Source: Camelus dromedarius
Taxonomy: Eukaryota
Direction: 5' to 3'
NCBI RefSeq assembly: GCF_036321535.1
Contig: NC_087449.1
Span: forward strand, 66,898,001-66,962,000
DNA length: 64,000 nt
Under the pieces are notes generated by a model. That model saw only the letters and a list, made by a program, of their open reading frames with translations, ran no database searches and was not told where the DNA came from. Made by a program: the position numbers and the translations under genes. Positions 12,262 through 25,250 of this stretch are shown in pieces (positions within the stretch are counted from its first letter, which is position 1; each line of letters starts with the position of its first letter).

Positions 12262-15200
12262 TCAGTCCAGAAACAGCTTCCGGGNNNNNNNNNNNNNNNN
12301 NNNNNNNNNNNNNNNNNNNNNNNNNNNNNNNNNNNNNNNNNNNNNNNNNNNNNNNNNNNNNNNNNNNNNNNNNNNNNNNNNNNNNNNNNNNNNNNNNNNN
12401 NNNNNNNNNNNNNNNNTACACTCTATCATGGGGCGGCCGGCAAATGGCTTCATGCAGAAGCAGGTGACGAGGTCCCAGGAGTCGTCGTCTGAAAGAAGAG
12501 AAACACGTAAGGGGGGAACTTCTCACCATGTCTCTCCATCAGGGCCTCTCCTCCATAAGGACCCCTCCGTTGGGAACCCCCTTCTCATCAGGACCTGTCC
12601 TCCACTGGGACCCCTCCCCCATCAGGACCCTTCATTGGGACCCCCCCCTTCAGGAAAGCCACTCTCCAATGGGACAGAGCAGCTGAGCTGTGGTGAAACC
12701 CGAACCTCAACAAATGAAACCAATTTCAAGTTTCACTTAAGGCTGACACTTCCCTCTCTGAAAATGCAGCAAGCGCACCACACAAAGGGCACTGGAATGT
12801 GTGGTAGCAGGAATCATCCATGAGGTGCTTCCATGTGGGCAACGCCATTTTTACATTTTGAGGTCTGTTTTTGGAACCGCAGCTGTTTTGAGCTGTGACG
12901 GCCCCTTCCTAAACATCTCCATATCCACCCTCTTGCACCTTTCTCCCTGGAGGTGATGGGCCCGCTCCACAGTCACACCGCAAGGAAGGGGCCGCTGTGA
13001 GCACCAGCCAAGGGCGCGCCGTCCTCCGGGCACTCTCACCTGAGTCCACCATTATGTCCTCGTCGTTGCCGGTGCTGTCCTCGTCCCGGAACACCACCTG
13101 CTTGCCCTGCCGGACGATAGTCCGTTTGCCTTCAGTTTTTATTTCTTTGACCTGATCGGGTGACACCGTGGCACAAGATCCACTGGAAGGAGTGTCGGAG
13201 TCCCAGCCCGAGCAGGGGTCGCCAGGGGCCTGGGGGATATCCTGCAGGGCAGGGCTCGTGGGGGTCTCCCCATATGGGTCGGTGGCTTCCAGCTGCAGCA
13301 GGCCCCCCATGTAGCCCTCCTTCCCGGGCACGTCACTGTCCCTCCGCTTCCTCTTCTTCTTCTTCTTCAGCTTGTCAGTCTTCTTTCTGTCCAGCAGGAA
13401 GTTGCTGGGCTTGGCTCGCTGCAGGAGGGTGGGCTGCAGGTGGCCAAAGCAGCGGTCAGAGACCGGCAAGGGCACTGCGGATGAGATGTCGGTGAAACCA
13501 GCATCCCAGCCATCACTGTCAATGGTACCAGCAGTGCTGTTGGCGGGGCTGGGGCTGCTCCTCAAAGGGAGTTCCTGAAAGAACAGACACAAAGGTGGCA
13601 GGTTCTGATTATTTCAACCAGCCCCCCAGCTCCAAGAGTGGGCCCTGAGCAGAGCCTCCCCCGGGGCCGCCCCAGCCAGGTCAGGTCAGACCTGCAGATG
13701 TCGGAGGCACACAACCCCAAGCTTCCCAGTTCTCACCAGCATTACTCCCTAGGAAGGGAGTTATTAATACTTTGGTGTGACCTTCCAGATAGCACGCGAA
13801 CTCACCAGGGGGAACCTCCACCCCTTGCTGAACCCTCAGCCCCTGCCCAAGCCAGGAACTTACTTGCTACTCAATACATGCCTGTGAGGGGAGTACTGAG
13901 ACCCTCAAACTTTTCATCTTTCCTGACTGTACAATCTCCCCACTGCTATTCTCCCGAAGGATGTATTTTTTTAATTAAGTGAATTTAAATTAATTGTGAG
14001 AATTCTCCGACACTATAAAACCTGGAGATATCCCAAAATATTGCAAAATCAAAGTAAGTAATTACTGCCCAAAAGCAATGAGCTGAGCTCTATGGTTCCT
14101 TCGGATCATTCAAGCATTTTATTTGCCAATAGTGGCAACATTTTGCATGGCACCAAGCAAGCATTATCCACCTAGCTGGCCGTGGAAACAGTAAGCAAGC
14201 CAATGCTAGGATTTGGCCTCTGAGAACTACTGGATTCCTTTCTTTTTAGCACTGCACAATAGGAATGAGCCCCCCCTCATGTCTGAGCACCACGGCAGCA
14301 CTGGTCCACAGCTCTGCCCATTTCTCAGCAAAGGAGAAAAATCCCTTAATTTACATGGGATTTTGGCCATGAGTCCCTGAAGATTCTGTAATGTGGCATG
14401 TGCAGCAACCAGGAGGTCGCTCACAAGTCAGGGCAGGGTGGACCGGGCCTGACCATCTGATCTGGTTGAACACCAGGTTCCACCACCGATTAGCCTATGA
14501 CCCAGAGTAAGGAGTTCTCGCTCCATTCCCCCACAGTCCTCATCTTTAAAATGGAGATAAATAACAGCTCCTATCTCATATCACTTCAACAGCAAAAACA
14601 GTGCCTGGCCACAGTAAGCACTCAGTAAGTACTGGCCATAAGGAGCAAGCAGATATCAAATACATTATTTGCAAACAAACTTTGAAAGTTTATCAAATAA
14701 TTTTCTAGACAACTCTGTATTTTCTGTCAGTTTTAGGAACCACTTCCCACGCTGCAAGTTTGTAAGAAAGATTTCTCCCCCAATATTGGCTTAAGTCCTC
14801 CCAGGTAACCCCTTCCAGACCCACCGCCTTGTCAAAAACTCTGGTTTTGCTGCCAGCAAGGTTCAAAAATGCTGAAAATTACCTCTTTCGGATAAGGGAT
14901 GTAGCCTGCATAGGCCAAGACAAAGGTGCAGAATTTGTTGAAATCCTCCACGGTCCTGCGCCTCTTGTAACTGGGGGAATACTCCTGTTAACAGGCGGGA
15001 AAATGGAGCGCGTTTGAAAGTAGACACTTACAGGTGGAATCCCAGAAACAAAACCAAGCAAGCTGCAGCTGTTATTGTCAGCCCCTCAAAGACATACCCT
15101 TAGATCCACAAACACTCCAGAAACAAGGTAAGTTCGGGTCAAGAAATAACACTGTTTTCAAGAAGGCTGAAAGAGGGAGTATTACCACGTTATGCCAAGA

Positions 15201-17367
15201 ATACTGGGAAACTGGTTCGAGATAAAAGCTTGCACGAAAGTCTTTCTCAGCACTCACGTGACATTTTCTGACCCTATCTGTGAGTTTCTACAGACCTATC
15301 AAGAGGCCTAGTATCTACTTTTTTGCCACAAATTTTCTATTTTGAAAATAAACTGCTGCTACAGCTGTAACTAAAGTCGTTTAAATGACTCCAAAAACCA
15401 ACTAGTTCTTAATCTTCAGAGCTCAGGCCTGGGATCCTGGAGCTCAGTCTCAAGTGACCCCTCCCCAGCCCCGGCTGCGTGAGGACCTCTCCTCCAGAGA
15501 AGACACTTTCTGCTGGCCCTTCCAGTGCTGACCATCCGGGGCCCAGGCACCCAAATATACCCCAGAAACAACCCTGCTAATCTCATTTGCACTCTGAAGA
15601 TGCTAGAAGTTTCGGCCTGTGTGTTCCATCCCCATTCAATCAAGAAACGCCCTCGACAAGAACGGATTTTCTCCTAAGAGAGCAGCTTGGAGAAAAAAGC
15701 TCTTATTTGTTACTAAGCAAAACAACTGTGCTTCACTTCAGCTTACAGTCTAGCGTATTTACTAGGGTTTTCTTTAAGCATTTTATCACCCACCCCCAAC
15801 CCCATCCTCAGAAGCTCAACTAGCATTTCCAGAGCCTAGGGGCCCACTCCCCGCTGGGGTGAAAGTTGGGGAGGAAATGGGGGAAGTGGGCTCCTGGGCC
15901 CGGCCCGCCCCGCCCCAGCCCCTCCCCAGCAGAGCGCCTAGAAAACAGCGCGGCCCGCAGTCGGCTTCGAGGGCTCCACTTTTTTTTTATTCTCTCCACT
16001 CGGTGAGAGCAAACCACCTCCTCCCCCTCCCCACCCATCGGCCGCCCGGACCGAGGGGCGCTCCGGGGAGCAGAGCGCCGACTTCGCGCGAGCCCCAGCG
16101 CTTCGGCCGCCGGGGAGACCCTGCCCCCACGCCCGGAAAGAACTGACCGCCCTCCCTCCGGCCGGGTGGGAGGGCCGCGGCCCTCAAACTCTTGGGGAGA
16201 ACTTTTATTTCGGCGGGGAACGTGTAGAAGTGGGTCGGCAGCCGGGAACCAAGACAGAGTGGAAGGCGGCGGCGCCCTCGGGCCCGGGGCGGGAGACCCG
16301 CGCCGCCCCCACCGCGCCCTCCGCCCCAGCCCCGCCGCCTTTAGGAAAAGCAGATGGCGATGCGGCCCCCTCCCCGCCCTCCCACGGAAGCCGCCCCCCG
16401 CAGGCACTCGGCCCCGGAAGGTGCGGGGCCCATCCCGCGGGGGAGGGGGCGCGGGTAGCCAGCCAGAATTCGGGGTCCGGGTCTGGCAGGCCCCGCGAGC
16501 CCCGAGGCGGCAGCGGGGCGGGCGAGGGAGCCCGGCGCCGCCTCCCCTCCCCCACCCGCCTGCGGCCGGACCCGCACCCTGGACTCCGCCGTTCTCGGGA
16601 GAGGGAGGGGGAGGGGACGGCGCTGGGGGCGCCGGCCGGGAGAACCGAGGGCCGATCCCCGGAAGGAGGGGGAGCGGGGCGGGGCGAGCAGAACCCGGAG
16701 GCGGGGGCCCGGAGGGGGAGACGAGCGCGCTGGGGGTGGGAGCATGGCTCGGGCCCCCGCAGGGGTGGAGACCCCGAAAAACAATCCCCCCTCCCCCGAG
16801 CCGGAGGGGGCGAGGGCCGAGCGGGAGTCAGGGGGCGGGGCGCGGGCCACTGGGCCCGGGGGATTAGGGAAGAAGACGGGGGCGCGCCGAGCTGAGTCTA
16901 GGTTCGAGGGGGACCGCAAACCCCTCCGGGAGGGGGAGGGGGATCCCTCCGAGAAGCGGGAGCGCGGGGCGGCGGCAGCTCGGACCGAGTCCCCGGGGGC
17001 GGGGAAGGGGTAAGCCAGGCCTGCGGGGAGGGGCCGGGGACGCACACAGATCCCGGGGCTATGCGAGGCCGGGGAGGGGTGGACGCGGCGGACCGGGGGA
17101 AGGGGCGCCGGGAGGACACGGACGCCCGCGGAAGGGACACCGCGGAAAGCGGGCGGAGAAGACCGGGCGCGGGCCCGAGCGGGGGGCGGGGCTGGACGCT
17201 AGGTGGGCGACGAGAGAAAACTGGGGGAGGGGAGGGCGGAGCTCGGTCAGCGGGGGTCCGGCTCCGGGAGCGTAGGATCGGGGTGGGGGGGGGGGGCTGG
17301 GGGCTATCGCGGCGCAGCTCTCACTCACCTCCGGGTGGAAAGCGGCGGCGCAGGAGTCGGAGTCCAT
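12262..17367 (-). CDS. PHF13: PHD finger protein 13 (SPOC1), 300 aa; coding exons 17367-17329, 14984-14883, 13574-13040, 12488-12262 (last exon contains an N-run)
   Basis: Exon lengths 39+102+535+227=903 nt, GT-AG, frame continuous. [13 protein letters not shown]|[34 protein letters not shown]|ELPLRSS...[11 protein letters not shown] (NLS)...[22 protein letters not shown][N]RKLFLD is the start of a PHD finger. Confidence 0.95.
12285..12416. other. N-run (132 nt) masking most of the PHF13 PHD finger
   Basis: Directly visible inside PHF13 exon 4. Confidence 0.99.
14490..14640. mobile_element. MIR fragment
   Basis: cagtcctcatctttaaaatggagataaataacagctcctatctcata...cacagtaagcactcagtaagt is the MIR core. 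Confidence 0.55.
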
Positions 17368-18350
17368 GTTCAGGGTTGGGGGCGGCGGCCGCGGGAGTGC
17401 AGGGGCCGGGATGCGGGCGCGGGGCCGCGGAGCCGCTCAAGGCTGGGGGCTCCGGCGGCCGCGGAGGACGAGGGCGGACCCGGGAGGGGTCGCCCCGGCT
17501 GGAGATGCTGGGGGGCTCGGTGTGTCGCGTCCCGGGCACTGTGCTCTCGGACTGGCGGCTCCACAACCGAGCAGAGTTGTCGATGCAGCTCCCGCGACCA
17601 GCGCGACTGGGCAGGCGGGAGAGTCGCTGTGGGGGGCGGCGGCGGCGGCGGCAGCGAGCGGGAACCCGACCGGCTCCCCGACCTGACGCCCAGTTCGGCT
17701 CGTGTCTCCGGAGGGAGGGCGGGAGAGCCGCAAGGGCTGTCGGGAATTGTAGTCTGGGGGCGACGGGAAGCGGAGGGCGAGGGGGCTTGGCACTGGGGCT
17801 GGCGCAGTGCATTGTGGGAGTCGTAGTCCCCAGCTTGGCAGCTGAGGCGCACAAATGCCGCCTCAAGGACTCCAACTCCCACAGAGCTCCGCGGCAGCTG
17901 CCCGGTCTGCGGAGGCGGTGGCTCCCGGACCTGAGGCCGCCGGAGCGGGGGAGGTGCGGGGGCTCGCGCTGGCTCGGCGATGGGGGTGGGGCGGCGCGAG
18001 CGGCAGCGCCTCGGTCTCCGCGGGGGCGGGGAGGGTCAGGGGTCGCCCCGGCGGGTGGGGGCGGGACTGACAGCCTTGGTCTCGATGGGCGGTGGCGGCT
18101 GGCACTTCCTCTTTCTCCTTTGGGACGTGGGGTCTGTGTCTCTTTGTGGGCCTGGGGTCCCCGCGGCCCGGGCGGGGAGGTGGGTGCTGACTTCGCAGCC
18201 GACCCCCGGCTCCACTCCCGCGCTTCGAGTTTTCGCAGCTGTGCGTCTCCTAGCCGGCTCCTTGCCCCGGGGCTCGGGATGGCGGGACCGAGGCCGAGCC
18301 GGGGTAGGACTGCCCGAGGCTCTCTGGTTGGAAACAGTTTGGGGTGTCGG
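15850..18350 (-). promoter_or_regulatory. PHF13: Large PHF13 CpG island (promoter, exon 1, intron 1) with (GGC)n tract at ~17633-17652
   Basis: Very high GC and CpG density around the PHF13 ATG at 17367. Confidence 0.9.
17742..17887. promoter_or_regulatory. Cluster of three ZNF143/THAP11-type SBS elements (17742-17754, 17809-17828, 17868-17887)
   Basis: GGGAATTGTAGTC; GCATTGTGGGAGTCGTAGTC (full ACTAC-NNN-TCCCA-NN-ATGC match on minus); GACTCCAACTCCCACAGAGC (degenerate, opposite orientation). Confidence 0.75.
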
Positions 18351-21322
18351 GTTACCGCAATTTTAAAAAACCTAGATCAGTGTTACCACTGTTTTAGAAG
18401 ATGTTTTCTTTAAATTCGCTTTTTTTTCCCTCTTCGCTTAATCTTGGGACCACCCCTGTTTTCTCAACTTTACATTGAATTCTTTCCTGAATATATTCTT
18501 CACAGGATTAGAACCGTAGGGTGAGGCAAAAACGTGACAGAGATATTTGGTATTGACATTGATTGTTTATTGATATTTAATTGAGGAGTTGGCAGCGTTT
18601 AAACGCTGGACCGCGGAGTATTTTACAACTTTGTATGTTGAAGGTTGATTGACTTTGAAGACTTAGTTGAAAATTAACTGCCCTGATAAAATTACCATGA
18701 AGAAGACTGATGTACTTCAATATTTTTAATAGCCATTTGAAAGAAAAAAATCTACACAAAACGCAAATGATTCAATAACCTATTTGATAGCTTTGAAGAT
18801 AGAGATTTGTTCAAGAGGAGTAACATAAAATTTTAAACTCAAATCAGAAAACCGACTCATCATACTAAGTCAGACGATGACTGGAAGAGCCCCTAAAAGA
18901 TGAGATTAATTCTGAGAGAGTGAATACTCCATTGGTTGACTATTGCTATTTGGGTGGTTAAGATAACTCTGCTGGGAACATTTAGTGGTTAAAAGGCTGA
19001 GTTTATCTTAGAAATACTTCTCTGAACCTCAGTTACGTTAGCTATAAAATATTTAGAGTACCTCAATAAGTAGTAGTTTACTCTTATTATTGTTGTTACT
19101 TTTTAAAATATTATTTAAGCAAGATCTTCGAAGATTGGAGGGCTCCCCAGAGGTGATAACAAATTGTGGTGCTTTCCAAAGCTAGTAGGATAAAAACAGA
19201 CATTGCATTTAGCCTGTGGAAACACCATTAACAACTTCTCACAGAGTTGTCACTTTCAGATGATTTAGCCAGATTTGGAAATGTTATCTGATCACTATGG
19301 CCAGAGCCAGTGTCCTGAGGTTAGCCAGTGTTGCCCAGGTTCAGATTCACCGGGAGCAACTTCTTTTGCCTAAATATGAAAGGGCCAAGAAGAATATTAT
19401 CCTACTGGTAGTTTAAAAGTGTAAATGCCAAAAAAAGAGTAAGTCCAAATGACAAAAGAGGGAAATTTTTTTAACTGATCATTATTACCGATAGTATAAT
19501 TTTTCACATAATAAACAGTAAATATCCCCCAATTAAGAAACTGAAGTAAAGAACTTGTTCATAATAATAATGGTCTTGATGACAAACCAGACTAGAATTC
19601 GGGAACCTATATTGGACTACTGAGTCACACTAAAGAAGAAATCGCAGTCTTGGATTGTGTCATGTGACAGTGATAACTCTCACTCAGAATAGGTATCCAA
19701 TATTATTTCTCGAATAAATTCTTAGTAAACAGTAGTTCTTAGCACACAGAGGTGATCAGTACTACCTGGTGTACTGAGCTCATCTCCCTGCCTGCCTCTC
19801 CAGTGAAATAGAAAGCTTCATGGAGAAAGACTGTTGTCTCTCCTTCCTTTGATTTCCCTTAGAAATTTAGCCCTTTGGAGGAGGTTTAGATGTTAGTATC
19901 TACCATCCCTTCCCAGGACTCAAAAAGGAGTATAACACCAATAAGTGATCCAAATTCAGTAGCATAATATGTAGCTGTGAGAATAATAAAAGCTAGTTTT
20001 CTATGTGACAGGCTTAGGTTTCTTCAATATATCCAGTTTATTTCTCACGTGTACTGTACTATACTCCTAGGCTCTGGGGGCAAATCTAGAATTCCATGAT
20101 TAATGCAAGAGCATTAGCCACAGTAGCCAGATCCTTGGAGAGTCCTTGTTTCCTCCTTTAAAAAAAAAAAAAAAAAAAAATCTGCTGGTGAATGCTAAGT
20201 CTCAGATGATTATAGTTACTCAGGAAAGAGGAAGAAAAAAGCCAACATTAGCACAGGTTGTGACAAGTTTTAACATACTAAGAATACCATGGTTTCTCAG
20301 TAAGTAACTTGAGAATGTAGTTATTTTAATTTGGTTACCAAACATAGCTTCACCTTCCTAAATCTCACTAGCTACACTCCATTCACTTGGGGAAAATTCA
20401 GGAAAGACTTCTGCCTCCCATTTCGGCTCTGCACTTGAGTGTGGGTATGAACATAATCAAATGTTTATTTTTCCTGGAATTATTTTTTGGCATTTCAGCT
20501 TTCTGTTCAGCCTAATAGGATATTCTTAGAAATTCTTATATAGATTTTTCCTACCCTCAGTTTTCTGCGTTTCTTACTTCCGTTTGCAAGAGAGGAAAAT
20601 AAGTGAAAATTCCTCAAAACTATTGTTTTCACCTTTTAGGGGGACAGGGCCCTTGTTACTGTTTTCAACGTTTTATTTTGCCTGCTGTATGAATATATGT
20701 GTGAAAATTTTAAATCATTAATAAATAATGTACAAACTATGTATTGTCACCTTTTCAAATAGTGAGGAAAATTACCTATGCATAAAAGAATCAAATGAAT
20801 CTCTTGTGTTACAGTTTTCACAGGGAAATTATAAAGGTTAATAGCTAGCACTATGTGCCAAACTATTTGTTTTTACTTGCAGTGTGTCATTTACATATAA
20901 TAATGCACTTAATAAACAGAGACTACTGGAACAGCCCTTAAAGGAAAAAGTATATGTGCAGTGAGTGCATTACAAACCACACCTCAGGCGGCCCAGAATT
21001 AGAGAAAATCAGAACGTGTAATAGGAAAAAAGGTGTAATCTTTTTTTGACCCTATAAATGCTATGCTATGTGTCCCTATATGTTCTCAAAGAAAAGAAAA
21101 AATAAAGGTAAAAGCAGCTTTTAAAATTATCTCAGTCACCTCTGGTCCTGTCCACCTAAAATGCAAATTCAAATAACAAAATTAAGGAGTTTTCATGTTT
21201 TTTAATGAAATAGTACCATTATTTGTCAAATCACATTAAATCCATTATCATAAAGTTACTTAGACAAAGACCATTTTCATGATTTTAGAAGGGGTACACT
21301 TCATGTCTGAAGTTTAATCTTT

Positions 21323-21489
21323 TTTTTTTCATTGAGTTATAGTTTACAATGTGTCAATTTCTGGTGTACAGCACAATTTTTCAGTCATACATGAATTTAC
21401 ATATATTTGTTTTCATATTCTTCTTCACCATGAGCTACTACAAGATCTTGAATATATTTCCATGTGCTATACAGTATAAACTTGCTTAT
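21323..21489 (-). mobile_element. 5'-truncated young L1 3' end with 15-bp target-site duplication
   Basis: TGAAGTTTAATCTTT at 21308-21322 and 21490-21504 flanks poly-T plus L1 3'UTR (tttacaatgtgtcaatttctggtgtacagcac...gtgctatacagtataaacttg). Confidence 0.85.
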
Positions 21490-23619
21490 TGAAGTTTAAT
21501 CTTTAAATACATTTTCCCTGCACGCTTGCTTCTTAGCTAGAGTTAACACCTTCCTCACCAAACAGTGCTGCCTCTACCATGCCAGGATGTTGGACGATAT
21601 TTAAGAAGTTTAAATCCCCTAATTTTAATACAGTTCGCTGACTGTATCCATCACATTGTTGTAATGCAGTGAATGAATTTTTCACATTCCCATTTTGAAC
21701 TCATGAGATTAATGAGCAAAAAAAAGGAACTAAATAGCATGCTTAGGTTAGCAGGTTATTCAAAATTCCAAGCACAGCTGGTGAGTCTAAATCTGTTCTT
21801 TTCCCTTCTGACCACGTTCCTTTATTGACTTAGATATCTATGCAGCTTCAAATGTGCGCCTGTTAGGTCTTAGGTAATATACTGTTTTTTCCTCAAGAAC
21901 TGAATCTTTAATTTTATTTTGAACTTGTAATATTTCTTTAATACACAGGTTATGTATATTTAAGAAAGACAGAAAGAAAATGTGGACAAGCAAAACCAAA
22001 ACAGATGAACTACCTAGAGAAAATATTACCCTCACAATTTAGGGTAGGCATATGAACGCACTTAACAAATTGGGTTATACTATGGGTAATCAGATTTTTT
22101 TTGCTTGCCATTATAGCATGAACATCTTTCCATTTCAATAAACATCCACATCATCATTCTTCACAGTAAAGCTGAAACATGAGTTAAATAAACCCCTGTT
22201 GTTAGGAGTACACAAAACTGGACTCAGTTCTTCTCTGTAGAAACATTACTGATTTCAAGATGTGATCCATACCAGGTGGATGAGTTCTGACCCAGAGAGA
22301 CAGTAGTGTTTTTCCTCATGAACACCCCACTTCCTGGCTACTCAGACTTTCTTGTCACAAAGCTTGAGCAAGTAAGCTTATTGGCTGGGCTCCTGGGCCC
22401 AGGAATGCTGCTGCTGCCGTTAATAGCTGTGTGAACAGTCCATCTATGGGCAACAGGCAGCCGCCTGGGTACCTGAATGTTTTCTGACTTAGGCCTGTCC
22501 TTCCCATGCTGAAATTTAGACCAGACACCTTCTCACAGCCAGATGATTAGAGATTCAGGAGTAGAAGAGAAACCCTACAAGACAGTTCTCACTTCAGGGA
22601 TGGAATAAAAACAAGATGTCTTCTCCAAAGGCTGTGCCGGCTGAGGTGGAACCTAGAAATGACAGCCACTCCCGGTGTGCCTGGCCTGCCCTGGGACACG
22701 TGGGCGGAGTGAGGCCTCCATCAGGAATGTCTTTGCCAAGCCCACAGGGCACTGGGTGGGGGCTAGCAAATCACAGAAACTCAGGTTTCATCTGCAAAAC
22801 AAGAGGCTGAATAAGGGTCTTTTCTAAAACTGATCAAAGCATATATTAAACTAACAAAAAAAATGGCTTCCGAGTAGGGACTTTTTTCATATGGTTTCAT
22901 TGAAAGTGCAGTCCTGGTACTGTATCTATTGGAACCAAGATAAGGAAGATTTCTTTCTTTGCCAGCACCCCACAAGTGACCGTGACAAATCCGAATGGTC
23001 ACATCCCCTGGTTTTTAAGGTAGTCCCCTATCTGACCTTGAGCTGAGGGCCCTGTCCTCAGGGTCCCTAATGCCCCTCTCATGGAATAGAAAAAACTGCT
23101 ATTTTTTTTCTCTGAAATTATTTTCTGGTTCTTCAGTTTTTTGTTCAGCTTAATAATATATTAGGAATTCCCATGGATTTTTCCTTCCCTGCCTTTCCCA
23201 CTTCCATTTCCAGGAGAGGAGGCGAGACCAGGGTAAGGGAAGGCAGTCAGGGCAGACCTGCCCCCTTCAGAGGGTAGCTCCGGAGCCTGAAAGAATCTCT
23301 CTGAATCGGAAACTAAAACTGCGCCTTGTGTGCTGACGAAAGTTAACCACCGAGTTAGTCAAGTCTGAAACTCCTGCAGGGACACAGTGCAGCAGATTCC
23401 TGCCATCTGACTCGCGTCCCTTACGGATGGGCCAAGAAAAAAATGTCACCTAAAAACCTTGTATTTGTTCATGCTTTGGTCCTGAATTGTAAAAATAATC
23501 CTGTCGTCGGAAATCTGTCCCGGGATAGGGTTAACAGCAACCCTTGGAACTAATGGAATTCAAAAAAAAAAAGGCCATTGTACCGAGCCGCCCTGGAGCA
23601 GTTGGGAAGTCTGGCGCGA

Positions 23620-25250
23620 AAGGGGTGGCTTCGCTCGCCCCTACCGGGCTTTGTACAGCAGCCGGGCCCAAGAGAGGGGTGGGCAGGCGCTGGAGGTCCC
23701 AGATCCCAGCCGCCCCTAGGAGAGGACACTTGTCACCTAGTGTCCTCACTCGGGCGTCGGCGGGAGGCCGCAGGAAGCCTCGGAAGGGCGGAGAGAGAGA
23801 GCGAGCGCGGGCGGCGGTGACTCAGCCTGGAGCGCGGGGGCGGGAGAGCGCGAGGCGAGGCGAGTCAGCGCGCCGGGCTGGGCGGCGGGGGGTGGCGGTG
23901 CCGGGCCCGGAGGGGTTAAGTGGGCGGTTCCCTCGGCGCCCCGCCCCCTCCCGACCCTACCCTACAGAGGCGGGCTGCGCCCCGCCGTATTTATAGCGGC
24001 GGCGTCCAGCTCGCAGCGTCTTTCCCGCAGGCCCCGGCGGCGGCGTACCCGAGCGACGCGCATAGCGGCCCCGCGCCCCGCGGCGAAGGCGTCATGGAGC
24101 GGCCGGCGCCCCTGGCGGTGCTGCCCTTCTCGGACCCCGCGCACGCGCTGAGCTTGCTGCGCGGCCTGAGCCAGCTCCGCGCCGAGCGCAAGTTCTTGGA
24201 TGTGACCCTGGAGGCGGCGGGCGGGCGCGACTTTCCGGCGCACCGCGCCGTGCTGGCGGCCGCCAGCCCCTACTTCCGCGCCATGTTCGCCGGGCAGCTG
24301 CGCGAGAGCCGCGCCGAGCGGGTACGCCTGCACGGCGTGCCTCCCGACATGCTGCAGCTGCTCCTCGACTTCAGCTATACCGGCCGCGTGGCGGTGAGCG
24401 GCGACAACGCCGAGCCGCTGCTGCGCGCAGCCGACCTGCTGCAGTTCCCGGCCGTGAAGGAGGCGTGCGGCGCCTTCCTGCAGCAGCAGCTCGACCTGAC
24501 CAACTGCCTGGACATGCAGGACTTTGCCGAGGCCTTCAGCTGCGCGGGGCTGGCGAGCGCCGCTCAGCGCTTCATCTTGCGCCACGTGGGCGAGCTGGGC
24601 GCGGAGCAGCTGGAGCGGCTGCCGCTGGCGAGGCTGCTGCGCTACCTGCGCGACGACGGGCTGTGCGTGCCCAAGGAGGAGGCCGCCTACCAGCTAGCGC
24701 TGCGCTGGGTGCGCGCCGACCCGCCGCGCCGCGCCGCGCACTGGCCGCAGCTGCTGGAGGCGGTGCGCCTGCCCTTCGTGCGTCGCTTCTACCTGCTAGC
24801 GCACGTCGAGGCCGAGCCGCTGGTGGCGCGCTGCCCGCCCTGCCTGCGCCTGGTGCGCGAGGCGCGCGACTTCCAGGCGGCGCGCTACGACCGTCACGAT
24901 CGCGGGCCCTGCCCCCGGATGCGCCCGCGCCCCTCCACTGGCCTCGCCGAGATCCTCGTTCTAGTGGGCGGCTGTGACCAGGACTGTGACGAGTTGGTCA
25001 CCGTCGACTGCTACAACCCGCAGACGGGCCAGTGGCGCTACCTGGCCGAGTTCCCCAACCACCTGGGCGGGGGCTACAGCATCGTGGCGCTGGGCAACGA
25101 CATCTACGTGACAGGTGAGTGGGCTGGGGGCTGGCCAGGAGGACCCTGGGCCGGCGAGCCCTCCGCGCCCCTGGGTGAGCACACCCACCTGCAGGAGAAT
25201 CTGGAATCCCGGGACCGCATCTGGGTGCCAACGGCCACTGCCCTTACCCC
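23620..25250 (+). promoter_or_regulatory. KLHL21: KLHL21 CpG island with TATA-like TATTTATA (23988-23995) and AP-1/ARE-like TGACTCAGC (23818-23826)
   Basis: CpG-dense; motifs read directly ~100 and ~275 nt upstream of the ATG. Confidence 0.75.

Noticed and set aside
17061-18413. 450-aa plus-strand ORF and other long ORFs in the PHF13 CpG island (16166-16867, 16341-17045, 17203-17826)
   Set aside because: Low-complexity Gly/Arg/Pro/Ala translations expected from stop-poor GC-rich DNA; no domain or splice logic.
18400-23000. AT-rich 4.5-kb stretch between the PHF13 and KLHL21 promoters
   Set aside because: No ORF, RNA gene or processed pseudogene was recognisable; only decayed repeats and A-tracts.
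23920-24093. Apparent N-terminal extension of KLHL21 from a GTG at 23920
   Set aside because: Upstream of the TATA-predicted TSS; the orthologue starts at MERPAP (24094).
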